Sequence record: OR544956
Direction: 5' to 3' (one strand)
Length of the DNA: 64,000 nt
Origin: Escherichia phage vB_EcoM_EP57
The notes below the pieces were generated by a model. That model saw nothing but the letters and a program-made list of their open reading frames with translations, was not told the DNA's origin and did no database searches. Numbering within the stretch: the first letter of the stretch is position 1; each line of letters opens with the position of its first letter. The position numbers were made by a program, and so were the translations under genes. Positions 18,594 to 27,933 of this stretch are shown piece by piece.

Positions 18594-18868
18594 TTATGGA
18601 ACCAAGCGTAATGACAACCTTTCTAAATGAGTTTGATCTGTCCATCTGTCAAGCTGCATTTGATGGGAAGGATTGTTATTATTCTAAAGATTTTGAAACA
18701 ACCTTGGAAACAGGGATCTGCTTCTTGCACAAAGATGTTAGAGAAGATGCCAAACACGTTATTAAAATTGCTACACGTTTCCCATATCTTCGTTTTGTGA
18801 AAGAGGTTAAGGTTCCACGTCCACCTCAAGTAGATACCAGATTGGAAGAAGATGATATTCCTTGGTAA
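18590..18868 (+). CDS. C-terminal segment of the nucleotidyltransferase (frame -1 relative to 18366..18593)
   Basis: This frame is open upstream of its first Met and reads ...EGVTGLKHVFEFERDGQLCNLMIMEPSV... Confidence 0.4.
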   Translation: MIMEPSVMTTFLNEFDLSICQAAFDGKDCYYSKDFETTLETGICFLHKDVREDAKHVIKIATRFPYLRFVKEVKVPRPPQVDTRLEEDDIPW

Positions 18869-18875
18869 TTAAAGC

Positions 18876-18905
18876 TTGACAATATTAAACATTTTATGAT
18901 AGGAT
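18876..18905 (+). promoter_or_regulatory. Candidate promoter (TTGACA-18-TAGGAT)
   Basis: -35 consensus at 18876-18881; -10 is degenerate. Confidence 0.35.
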
Positions 18906-18913
18906 AGCATTCA

Positions 18914-19306
18914 ATGACTGAACGTTCTAAGATAGCTGTTGAAACTGTTTATGGAAACTATACCAGTTTGACACTAGTTGAGAAAAATGTTGTAGGTCTT
19001 GACAACTCTTTTTATTTTCAAATTTTGGTTATTCAAGGTGGAAACAAGAAGCTAACTGCTCGTGTTGAAACATCTGAAATAATTGAAACCACTGTTACAA
19101 ACAAAGAATTCATTTCACTGCAAGATACAATCCGAAACGTTATAGACGAAGAAGGCAAAGCTGCCACAATTAAACTCGGAGGTTTCCCAGTGCAAATAGT
19201 TCATTTTCCTAATGGTGAAATTGGAGTTGGAATAGGTAAAGGTAAATACCTGTTAGAGCAAGATGATATGGAAAGACTCCGCTCTTTCTGTGCAAAATTA
19301 ATGTAA
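18914..19306 (+). CDS. Hypothetical protein
   Basis: ORF track. Confidence 0.4.
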   Translation: MTERSKIAVETVYGNYTSLTLVEKNVVGLDNSFYFQILVIQGGNKKLTARVETSEIIETTVTNKEFISLQDTIRNVIDEEGKAATIKLGGFPVQIVHFPNGEIGVGIGKGKYLLEQDDMERLRSFCAKLM

Positions 19307-19322
19307 TGTAGAGGAGATAATA

Positions 19323-20210
19323 ATGTCCGTAATTAATACTGAAACTGATCGTAAAGGCAAAACCGTAACTTATGCAACTGGTATCGTAGACTACGTTAAA
19401 CTGGATAAATTCGCTGAACCTAAAACTTTCCATTGGGAAGGAAAAACGATTGTTTCAACTCACCGAGCTTCTCTTGTTCTGAAAGAGAAAGGTGCTAAAC
19501 CAGATGAGAAAGGTGTTTGGATTTCTCTTGGTGACATTGAACTGAAAGAAGGTTATGAAAACCTGCAAGTCAAAGAAGGTGATAACTGGATCACTATTGA
19601 AAAAGGTGTAGAAGTAAGTATTGATATTGATCGCGTTGATAATAAAGGCGGTAAAACTTACTACAATACTAAAAAATCTCGTATTACAGTATTGTCTACC
19701 GAGGGTGTTCAGAAGTCTAACAAATCTTCTGGCAATAAGGGGTCCAACGATGCGGCTCCTAAACAATCCTATAAAAAACGTGATACTGTAGGTCTGGAAA
19801 CTGGTCACGCAGTAAATGGTGCACTGGAACTGATTCGTAATGGTGTTAAAGGCGATGCTTTCGATATTGCTGGGGTTGTTCAATCTGCAACTGTCACGCT
19901 GAAATCTGAAATTGCTGAATCTCGTGGCGTTGATATTAATGATTATGATCTTGGGGCATCTGTTGGTCACGCTATTCTCAATGCTTGTAAAGACCATACT
20001 ATTAAGACTGTCTCTGTAGAAGATCTGATTGATTCTGCTCGTAAAGTTCTGGCTCTGTCTGATAAAGTTGCTGCTGCCATTCGTGGTTCAGCAGAACAGC
20101 CTAAGAAAGAAGAGAAGAAAGAAGTTAAGAAACCTGAACCACAACCAGAACCAACTCCAAGTAATCAAGAAGAACCTCCAATGGACTTCGACGATGATAT
20201 TCCATTCTGA
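19323..20210 (+). CDS. Single-stranded-DNA-binding-like protein with an E. coli SSB-type C-terminal tip
   Basis: C-terminus EEPPMDFDDDIPF is essentially the E. coli SSB interaction tail (MDFDDDIPF), preceded by a Pro/Glu-rich linker. Confidence 0.5.
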   Translation: MSVINTETDRKGKTVTYATGIVDYVKLDKFAEPKTFHWEGKTIVSTHRASLVLKEKGAKPDEKGVWISLGDIELKEGYENLQVKEGDNWITIEKGVEVSIDIDRVDNKGGKTYYNTKKSRITVLSTEGVQKSNKSSGNKGSNDAAPKQSYKKRDTVGLETGHAVNGALELIRNGVKGDAFDIAGVVQSATVTLKSEIAESRGVDINDYDLGASVGHAILNACKDHTIKTVSVEDLIDSARKVLALSDKVAAAIRGSAEQPKKEEKKEVKKPEPQPEPTPSNQEEPPMDFDDDIPF

Positions 20211-20220
20211 TCTTATTGAT

Positions 20221-21849
20221 TTATAAAGAGTTTTTATAAAAGAAAAGATACTCAACAACCATACCAGGTAAGCTTGCTGCCCCTGTTGGCGTTATTTCTG
20301 CTACCATTGTTTGTGTTGTTCCTACATCCATCGCAGATAAGCTAGGAGTGTAAACGCTCAATGTTGAAGCATATCCTCCAGAGGTATCTGATAAAGTTGT
20401 TCCTTCAGCGTTTAAGGCTGTCATACCTGCATCAAAACCACCTTCTGCATGGAAAGTCATTAAACCAGTAGATGATATTGTCATGTTTGCAGGGGCAGAA
20501 GAAGTGTATTTAATATTGAAAAGTTTACCTCCTTCTGGGCTAACAGAATGTGTCAACTGTTTAGTTCCACCTACAATACAAATTCCTAAAGAATCTGTAG
20601 TTAAGCCAGTTGCCAGAATATCACCCGTAATCACGGAGCTTGCTATTGGTGTGAATTTATTATAGTTTAGACCGCTATTGAACAGATACGAGGCTTTCCC
20701 ATCTTTCCAAATACCGGAATAATACATATCTCCATTATAAACGAAAAAGGTTCCTTGATAACCTAATTGGTTAGTAACATCCATATTCAGCGTATGAACG
20801 CTTGTGAGCTTGTTTATATCCCAAGAACCCACTCCTTCAGGTTTAACTGGTTTTCCCACTTGGAGTGGATCTCCGCTCGCAGAATCATACCCCAAACCTA
20901 AGTTTGCAGTGTAGTTCTTACCAATAGCCCACAAGGAATTATTGATCCCAACGAAAAAAGAGTGGCGGCTTGGTGGAAACTTCCATGTTGAGAAACCTGC
21001 TGCAAAGGTATCCAGTTTAGTGTAGGTTGTTTCTGTATTAGACCTAACATATAAGTAGTTTACTGTACCCGAGCCACCGGAGGTATCTCCTACAACTATT
21101 GTCTGGGAAACTGTATTGATGTAATCTTTGACATACACTGTTTCAGTAGCGGATATCTTAGCATTGACAAAAGCTGTTGTTGTGTTATTATTACCTGCTA
21201 AACCTTTACTAGCTCCACAAACACGCAAGGTTCCCACATTGTTGACATAAGAGCATTGGTTGTAACCTGCATCAAAAGCAACTGCTGCACTTGTTATCTG
21301 ACGAGGAGTAGAAACTTCGTTAGTAGTACTTGCACCTAAACTACCTACTGTGTTTTGACCTGATCCATAAAGAACACCACTATTCATTAACCAGAGAGTG
21401 TTGTTATATCCTCCCTTAACCTCTTTAAGATTGGCTAAAGAGATAGTCCCTGTTATTACAGATGGAAAGCTGGTCCAAGTAGTTACACATGCGTCCGTAC
21501 CACCTGCCGCTATAGATCCTACCAATCCTGCTGTCAATCCTGAATATTGCCATCCCCCACTGTTAGTTTTAATAACAAAACAACGATCTGCGGTAAACAC
21601 ATCCGCTACTACAGTAGAAGCTAAGTGGAAATTATTGAATCGTGCACTACGAGTTCCATCTGCAATCTCACCAAAAAGGTTTGCGCCTTGAGTAAACAAT
21701 CTACCATCATTAAGCAAAATTGCTAAACTGCTATTAGAATTACCAGCATTATCTGGGTAATCTAAAGTGATTACTTTTTTAACAATACCTGCTGGCAGAG
21801 GAACGACACCAGTGCTGGTCATAATAGTAAATATTGGAATTGGAAACAT
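20221..21849 (-). CDS. Tail fiber or receptor-binding protein (Gly/Thr/Ser-rich, repetitive)
   Basis: 542 aa, last gene of the late module; repeated G-x-hydrophobic segments. Confidence 0.4.
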   Translation of the reverse strand: MFPIPIFTIMTSTGVVPLPAGIVKKVITLDYPDNAGNSNSSLAILLNDGRLFTQGANLFGEIADGTRSARFNNFHLASTVVADVFTADRCFVIKTNSGGWQYSGLTAGLVGSIAAGGTDACVTTWTSFPSVITGTISLANLKEVKGGYNNTLWLMNSGVLYGSGQNTVGSLGASTTNEVSTPRQITSAAVAFDAGYNQCSYVNNVGTLRVCGASKGLAGNNNTTTAFVNAKISATETVYVKDYINTVSQTIVVGDTSGGSGTVNYLYVRSNTETTYTKLDTFAAGFSTWKFPPSRHSFFVGINNSLWAIGKNYTANLGLGYDSASGDPLQVGKPVKPEGVGSWDINKLTSVHTLNMDVTNQLGYQGTFFVYNGDMYYSGIWKDGKASYLFNSGLNYNKFTPIASSVITGDILATGLTTDSLGICIVGGTKQLTHSVSPEGGKLFNIKYTSSAPANMTISSTGLMTFHAEGGFDAGMTALNAEGTTLSDTSGGYASTLSVYTPSLSAMDVGTTQTMVAEITPTGAASLPGMVVEYLFFYKNSL

Positions 21850-21860
21850 TTAAACCCTCC

Positions 21861-21886
21861 ATAAAAAGAAAGCCCCTTTCGGGGCT
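21861..21886 (-). terminator. Intrinsic terminator (AGCCCC-GAAA-GGGGCU then U-run)
   Basis: Hairpin plus T-run immediately downstream of the 21891..23429 stop on the minus strand. Confidence 0.45.
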
Positions 21887-21890
21887 TCTG

Positions 21891-23429
21891 TTATCGTGTT
21901 ACAACAACCATGTCCACGATATCACCCACACCAGGATACGTTAATTGCAAAATTGTTACTGCGTTAGCAGTAGTTGCTATTTCTGTATCATTTAGTGCTC
22001 CATAAGACGCATCTAGTGTAACCGTGTGTCCCGTTGTATCTTGAATCAAATAAATCATTGCTGAAAACGCTTTAGGTTTTGTAGAGCCAGTGACACCAGG
22101 CCATGCTCCAACTGTCAGAGCGTCAGTTACTGTAACAACATACATATTGGAAGTTCCAGAAGGAGTCCAAGATGCTCCAGAGTTGGCAGTAGTTGTTTCA
22201 AGTTCCATGAAACCTGCTGTAACTCTAGTTGGTGTTATAGCTTCCGTAGGATCTGATCCTGATATTTCGATCCAGTTTCCATCAGAACGACCATACGTCA
22301 AGCCGTCTTGAGGGGCTTCTGGTATACTAGGAAGAGTTCCTATAAGTGTCCACGTAGAAGAATCTGTTTTCTTAAACACTGCTCCAGTGGTAGTATTGAA
22401 GGCGTAATCATTGATAACACCGTCTCCTGCGACTGGATTAGTTGTTGCTACAAACCATTGTGCGCCGTCCTTACCGACAAAATCTACTTCTGTCCCTTCA
22501 TTACCAGCATCCAGCCAACTTTGATATGCAGATTTCCCTTCGTCTCCATCTGTTCCATCTAGACCGTCTTTACCTGCCTCACCTTGTGGACCTTGAGGAC
22601 CAACAATATTACCCATGTTGACCCAAGCTGTCCCATTAGAGACATAAAGATTACCACTGATAGAATAAGCTTGGCTTACGTTTTCAGAGTTAGGTTGTGG
22701 TAAGTTACTTGTAGAAGGCAAATCTCCACGATAATCAAAACCGTTGGCGTTAACACCAGGTGCTCCCTGTGGCCCTGTAGGACCAACATCGCCTTTATCA
22801 CCTTTTATAGAGGTAAGAAAATCATAAACAGACCCTGTATTACCATCTGCCAACCATACCTCGTAAGCTGATTTACCTTCTGGCCCAAGAGAAGAAATAA
22901 GTTTCCAAACAGAACCATCCCAAGCGTAAATCACATCACCTACAATATAACCGTCCCCTGCAACGTTACCTGTGGATGGTAGTTCACTAGTGCTTGCTAA
23001 TGATCCTTTAATATTAAGTTGAGCACCAGTATCCCCTTTCAAAGAGGCAAGCCATTGTGCTTCTGTTCCAACAAAACCATTATCAAGTGCGATCTGATAA
23101 GCCGATTTACCAGCTTCAGGTATTGTTTCCGACAGATCATCAATTTGTTGCTGCACTGCCGTAAACTTGGCATTGATAATTGCTATATCATCAGCGGTCC
23201 CAACACTTTGCCATGCAAGGGAAGAAATACCACCTGTGGTGGCTGGCGTAGAGTTTGCTGGAACTACTTTAGGAAAAGTTCCTTTCCATTGGTAATAATT
23301 CCCTTCTGCTGCTAACAGCAAAACTTCACGGGAATTACGTAATGTAAAACCTGCCTCAAAGCTGCGACGTTTTCGATAAGTAGCTTCTACCAGATCGGCT
23401 ATCGCACTATTAGGTCTTGTTAAATTCAT
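21891..23429 (-). CDS. Tail fiber protein with collagen-like G-X-Y repeats
   Basis: GDKGDVGPTGPQGAPG and GPQGPQGEAGKDGLDGTDGDEGKSAY; repeated KSAYQ/EVWL modules. Confidence 0.6.
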   Translation of the reverse strand: MNLTRPNSAIADLVEATYRKRRSFEAGFTLRNSREVLLLAAEGNYYQWKGTFPKVVPANSTPATTGGISSLAWQSVGTADDIAIINAKFTAVQQQIDDLSETIPEAGKSAYQIALDNGFVGTEAQWLASLKGDTGAQLNIKGSLASTSELPSTGNVAGDGYIVGDVIYAWDGSVWKLISSLGPEGKSAYEVWLADGNTGSVYDFLTSIKGDKGDVGPTGPQGAPGVNANGFDYRGDLPSTSNLPQPNSENVSQAYSISGNLYVSNGTAWVNMGNIVGPQGPQGEAGKDGLDGTDGDEGKSAYQSWLDAGNEGTEVDFVGKDGAQWFVATTNPVAGDGVINDYAFNTTTGAVFKKTDSSTWTLIGTLPSIPEAPQDGLTYGRSDGNWIEISGSDPTEAITPTRVTAGFMELETTTANSGASWTPSGTSNMYVVTVTDALTVGAWPGVTGSTKPKAFSAMIYLIQDTTGHTVTLDASYGALNDTEIATTANAVTILQLTYPGVGDIVDMVVVTR

Positions 23430-23446
23430 TTATCTCTCCTATCATT

Positions 23447-23464
23447 AGACCATTCTATTGGAAG
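23447..23464 (-). other. GC-rich hairpin (GAGGGGGG-AAU-CCCCCUC family), intergenic
   Basis: Similar to the hairpin at 7308-7327. Confidence 0.35.
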
Positions 23465-23491
23465 AAGAGGGGGGAATCCCCCTCTATTCCA

Positions 23492-24940
23492 TTAGGTTGT
23501 TGGCACATCTACTACTGGCGTTGGGCGAATAACCGCAGTATTACCTACAGAAACATTACTGGAATCATTAGGTATGGTTTTAATTCTAACTCCAGCACTT
23601 GTAGGCGTTACAATTGGATCTGCAATGTCTATTTTAACTGGGTTAGTCCACGTATCATTATCTTGATAAGGTGCACGAGTAATAACTGTGTCCAAATCTG
23701 CTCCACCTACGCCAGCACCAGGAATACGGATACGTGTCCCTGCTGACAGAGGGTAATGATACAACCAAGAAGCATTTGTTGCTGTCCCGTTAGGAGTCAA
23801 GTTCTGTGTCAGGAAGGTATCTCCTGCCTGTGTAGCTCGAATACCGAAAGCTGGGATATCTGGAATATATGCCCCACTTGTTGTTACAAGGAAGAACGTA
23901 TTATCCGCCTTGACTATCATATCACCTTTGTCAAACTCTTTCCCTGTTGGGAAATGCATTCCATCAATGTTTCGACTAGGATTAGGCTCTAAGTAATAAA
24001 CTTTGCCCGTTGTCCCTACAATAGCTCCAATACCACCTGCGATATTGGTATACATATTAGCTTCAACATTACAGTTGACACGATGAATATCCGAGTAACG
24101 GCAACGGCTCCACTGTGGACGACCAGTAACCATCGTCTTGCCATCTGGGTAACAGTTTACGTTAACCATTTCAAGAACAGATTTTTCTCTACGGAAGAAT
24201 CCATCATAAAATGTTCCTGGACCAGATTCAGGTTGACCAACACAATCGAAGATATTACAGGTGATGTTAGACATTGAAAGCCAAGAAGCTATACCGAACA
24301 ACTGCAATGCAGCGCAACGAATATTTTCAAAGCTAACTCTGTTTTCATAACCTGGCCCAGCGGAAACTCCCGCAAAAACACGCCCAGTTTTGGTGTGAAT
24401 GTTACGAACAGAATAGTTAAAGCATGGGTTTGAAGGTCTACCCTGTGCCGGAACTACCGGATTACCCTCTTCGTCCAGAACTGCGTTAGTTCCCCACTCC
24501 AAATAAATCATACGGATATTACTTGCAAGTGTGCTACCGTCTGTTTTAGGCTCCCCATAAACACCGTCAATCGTAAAATCTTTACTTCCATACATTACAA
24601 CTGCGCCAGTTGCCAAACCTGTCCCAACAGATACGGTTTGATCTGGATCGCCATGAATGTTTTCGATAGAAATATTACGACCAACTTCTACGTGGACAAT
24701 CTGACGGCAACGTTTTGCAAAAACGTTACGAATTGTAATATTCTTGCAATATTGATCATCAGGGATTCCGTAACCATATGGTCCTTTACCAGCTACACCG
24801 ATACCGATACCCCAGTTGGACAGAGGAATAGGAGCGTTAGTCCCATCGATATTAGACAGGTAAATATTCTCAATCACACAACCATCATCATAATGTTTAT
24901 TGATGACGTTCAGTTCTATCGCATCACCTTGCATGTCCAT
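23492..24940 (-). CDS. Tailspike or tail fiber C-terminal segment with a parallel beta-helix (pectate-lyase-like) region
   Basis: NITIRNV...ISIENIHG...NIRMIYLEWG repeats; its frame is open upstream of the first Met and overlaps the end of 24970..25704 in the -1 frame. Confidence 0.5.
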   Translation of the reverse strand: MDMQGDAIELNVINKHYDDGCVIENIYLSNIDGTNAPIPLSNWGIGIGVAGKGPYGYGIPDDQYCKNITIRNVFAKRCRQIVHVEVGRNISIENIHGDPDQTVSVGTGLATGAVVMYGSKDFTIDGVYGEPKTDGSTLASNIRMIYLEWGTNAVLDEEGNPVVPAQGRPSNPCFNYSVRNIHTKTGRVFAGVSAGPGYENRVSFENIRCAALQLFGIASWLSMSNITCNIFDCVGQPESGPGTFYDGFFRREKSVLEMVNVNCYPDGKTMVTGRPQWSRCRYSDIHRVNCNVEANMYTNIAGGIGAIVGTTGKVYYLEPNPSRNIDGMHFPTGKEFDKGDMIVKADNTFFLVTTSGAYIPDIPAFGIRATQAGDTFLTQNLTPNGTATNASWLYHYPLSAGTRIRIPGAGVGGADLDTVITRAPYQDNDTWTNPVKIDIADPIVTPTSAGVRIKTIPNDSSNVSVGNTAVIRPTPVVDVPTT

Positions 24941-24969
24941 GAAGGTAAGGTTACGGAAGACACCACGTG

Positions 24970-25704
24970 TTACTGGTTCCCCTGTCCCTTGTTGAAGCCA
25001 TATAACCCGTTTTTAAAAGTACAGTTATCAATTTCAAAAGTACCTGATATTGGGTTGCCTTGGAATACCAAGCTACCAACTTGACCTGCGCGAGGAGCAC
25101 CGTCCCACAAACAATCGAACATGCGCACAGCACCACCCCAATACATAACACGAGAGTTACGGAAAGTTGTGCCTTCTACTGTAGCATTTTGCACACGATA
25201 GTCGCGTTGACCACGGAACACACCCCCACGCAAAGTGATATCTTGAATATCAAAAGAGCTTGTCGTGAAAGTCATATCGCAACCGTAAGCATCGAGAATC
25301 TTGCTTTTCGAAGCTTTTGCTGCTAACAGTGCCGCCTGGAAAGCTGCTTCTGGTGTGGTATAGGTAGTTGTATTGTTAGCAAATTCTGACAAGTAGACAA
25401 CATCGAATAAATCGTTGTATGTTCCACCACGAGGGGTTAACAGTCCTTCCGTATTAGTTAGAACCCATGCGTTTGGACCTAATCCACCGCTTGTCTCTAA
25501 TGTGTCAGAGGCCAAAATACTTTTTGGTAAACTTCCAGCCCAACGATAACGACCAGCACCACGTCCAATCGTCTGATTTTTAGCTGTCAGGGTTACGTTA
25601 TTACCAAAGCTTGTAGGCAAATGGACAAATTGTCCACGTTCAACAGCCAGTGCAGAAAGATCTACAGATCCCCCAGAATAAGTCATTACTCCAGAAACAG
25701 ACAA
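24970..25704 (-). CDS. Tailspike middle segment, probably the same gene as 23492..24940
   Basis: This frame is open upstream of its TTG start; junction to the downstream ORF lies at a TTTTAAAAA run near 25010. Confidence 0.4.
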   Translation of the reverse strand: MSVSGVMTYSGGSVDLSALAVERGQFVHLPTSFGNNVTLTAKNQTIGRGAGRYRWAGSLPKSILASDTLETSGGLGPNAWVLTNTEGLLTPRGGTYNDLFDVVYLSEFANNTTTYTTPEAAFQAALLAAKASKSKILDAYGCDMTFTTSSFDIQDITLRGGVFRGQRDYRVQNATVEGTTFRNSRVMYWGGAVRMFDCLWDGAPRAGQVGSLVFQGNPISGTFEIDNCTFKNGLYGFNKGQGNQ

Positions 25705-25709
25705 AGATG

Positions 25710-26261
25710 TTAAAGTTCCTGTAATGTTAGGAGGTAGTGTGTAGGAAGACTGTGACTATCTTCTATGCGGAAAGCTTCCCCCAGAACCTGAATAACACCA
25801 TTGATCGTAACAATAGCACTATCAAAGATGTAAGGAGGACTAATTACTGTTTCATAACCAGTTGCACCAGAATATACCCAAGGGGTGACTTCTGTTGCCA
25901 ATTGTTCTGTCTTCAGTCCCCACAATACCCAGTTGTTATCTCCTACTGGAGTCCCTTGCATAGGGATAGGGTTAACCAATGTAGCGTTAGGAGCATAGTA
26001 ATAACCGCTCAATACTCCATTCTGGAAATAACGAAGTTGGTTAAAAACTGTTTCGTTTGTGCCTTGCGCCCAATCCAATGGGCTTTTAAAGAAAAAGTTG
26101 TCAACAAGGGCTTTTCTCAGGGTTGGTATCAACCCTGATTCTGTTTCAATACTCTCTGTAGCACTTCCATTAATAACATCATGGAGTTGGTTAGATGAGA
26201 AAATAACCAGGTCTACGCCCTGTTCGAGAGACGTTGCTGGATATGTTGGGAATGTTGCCAT
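25710..26261 (-). CDS. Tailspike N-terminal segment or separate tail-associated protein
   Basis: Ends 5 nt upstream of the next ORF; both frames are open across the junction. Confidence 0.35.
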   Translation of the reverse strand: MATFPTYPATSLEQGVDLVIFSSNQLHDVINGSATESIETESGLIPTLRKALVDNFFFKSPLDWAQGTNETVFNQLRYFQNGVLSGYYYAPNATLVNPIPMQGTPVGDNNWVLWGLKTEQLATEVTPWVYSGATGYETVISPPYIFDSAIVTINGVIQVLGEAFRIEDSHSLPTHYLLTLQEL

Positions 26262-26264
26262 TAA

Positions 26265-26516
26265 TTACCCCTTATTCTGTGTACGTTTAACTATGTCATC
26301 TAGCATCATTTGGATAGTCGCATTCTTGAGGTCCATAATCTTTTCAATTTTTTGCTCAAGGGTGTTGTTATTTGCCATTAATGTAGAGTTAATTTGATTT
26401 AGCATCTGGGTAAGTTCGGCTTTAGTTGCGTAAGTTGATTCAACAAAGACCAACTTCTTCTCTAGCTCTCGACTTTTCTCCTCCATTTCCTCAAGATCAG
26501 AGCCGAATTTATCCAT
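26265..26516 (-). CDS. Hypothetical coiled-coil protein
   Basis: ORF track. Confidence 0.3.
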   Translation of the reverse strand: MDKFGSDLEEMEEKSRELEKKLVFVESTYATKAELTQMLNQINSTLMANNNTLEQKIEKIMDLKNATIQMMLDDIVKRTQNKG

Positions 26517-26557
26517 TTTTTGTTTGAAAAAGAACCAGATGACTCCGATTAAAGGGA

Positions 26558-26950
26558 TTATTGCATCCTTTGCAAGTCCCCATGCGTAGCATCTGTAATA
26601 TTTGCCGACAAGTGATTATGACTGTTATCTAGAACTTGAATAGATAAAGTAACTTCTTTATTACCATTCCAAGTAGCCTCACCAGTAGCATCACCTGCCA
26701 TTGTAATCTTAGTTCCAACTAAAGGCAAGTAAGTATCAGGTAAAGTTGGAAGAAAGTCATCCACCAAATAGCGAATCCATAAACCGATATTATTAAGAAT
26801 CCAGTTCATTTCTTCGCAAGTCATGATTTGACCATAATCCATACCAACTGTGCGGATGGTTTCTTTAGGTCTAATTTTGTTTGTGTTTAAAGTTCCTGGG
26901 AGCGTTACAGTTTGTGTAGCCCAGTCAGGATAATATATTGGCTTCGCCAT
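26558..26950 (-). CDS. Hypothetical tail or baseplate protein
   Basis: ORF track; position in the tail module. Confidence 0.35.
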   Translation of the reverse strand: MAKPIYYPDWATQTVTLPGTLNTNKIRPKETIRTVGMDYGQIMTCEEMNWILNNIGLWIRYLVDDFLPTLPDTYLPLVGTKITMAGDATGEATWNGNKEVTLSIQVLDNSHNHLSANITDATHGDLQRMQ

Positions 26951-26959
26951 TTAAACTCC

Positions 26960-27589
26960 TTAATCTATTTGCTTGAGAAGCGTACACATGCGTCCTGTTT
27001 CATCCCCAGTAGATTCCATGTACAGGGAACCTAAACCACCAATACCATGAGGCGGTTTGGTAGCATAATAAGAACTAAAACCAAAAGCTGATCCTGCTTT
27101 TGCTCCAAGACGGTAGCTACTAATGATAGGGAAAACACTTAGCAACTGTTCTAAAGCTTGATCAGATTGAAGACACAGGTTGTAGAAAAACACATCAAAG
27201 GTTTTATTCAAACCTACGTAAGTATTAAGCGTTTCACGCTCTGTTCCTGTGAAACGGGCGAAGATATCAATTATGTCACCACGAGTCCCCGATGAGGCTA
27301 CGCGGTAAGCCCTGATTTTTAATATTGTTCTATACTCTTCATCATCAGAGCCATTACGTTCGATCCCCATTTCTTCTCCTAAGATATCTAGGTATTTGCC
27401 TGTGGCTGTGGAGATCAAGCGGTGTTTAGCAAGATAGATCATTGCCTGATCTATCTTTTGCTTTTCACTGGATACGATGTAGAGGAGCTTGACAATGTTA
27501 GGAGAAGATTTAAAATCTTCAATCAGAAGGTTTTTAACGTCTTCATTGATACTGGCCCAAGTTGTTACATGGTCAACACTCACTGCCAT
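26960..27589 (-). CDS. Hypothetical baseplate-associated protein
   Basis: ORF track; position. Confidence 0.35.
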   Translation of the reverse strand: MAVSVDHVTTWASINEDVKNLLIEDFKSSPNIVKLLYIVSSEKQKIDQAMIYLAKHRLISTATGKYLDILGEEMGIERNGSDDEEYRTILKIRAYRVASSGTRGDIIDIFARFTGTERETLNTYVGLNKTFDVFFYNLCLQSDQALEQLLSVFPIISSYRLGAKAGSAFGFSSYYATKPPHGIGGLGSLYMESTGDETGRMCTLLKQID

Positions 27590-27591
27590 TT

Positions 27592-27933
27592 TTACACTCC
27601 ATACTCGTAAGAAATGTTATCAAGGTCAAAAGAAGGGACAACATTATAAGCAGGAACTATATTATTCTCTGTATATTTACTGTCATCCTCAGTATTAAGT
27701 TTAACATAAACACGAAGAGAAGTCAAGCGTCCAAAAGCAAGTGCTGCATAAATAACCCCTTTGATTTGATCGTTCGTTACTGAAGAACCTAATTCAAAGT
27801 AAGCTTGCAGGTTTTGTAAAGCTTCTACGATGTTTTGTTTTTCTGTTCCACTTAAAGTTGTTCCGTTGACAGTTTGATAAACAAGTTTTACAGAATACAT
27901 AGCAGAAGCACCTTTCTTCAGCACTCCCTCCAT
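27592..27933 (-). CDS. C-terminal segment of the baseplate J-like protein (different frame from 27794..28969)
   Basis: Overlaps 27794..27933 with the upstream ORF, whose last ~40 residues look out-of-frame. Confidence 0.35.
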   Translation of the reverse strand: MEGVLKKGASAMYSVKLVYQTVNGTTLSGTEKQNIVEALQNLQAYFELGSSVTNDQIKGVIYAALAFGRLTSLRVYVKLNTEDDSKYTENNIVPAYNVVPSFDLDNISYEYGV

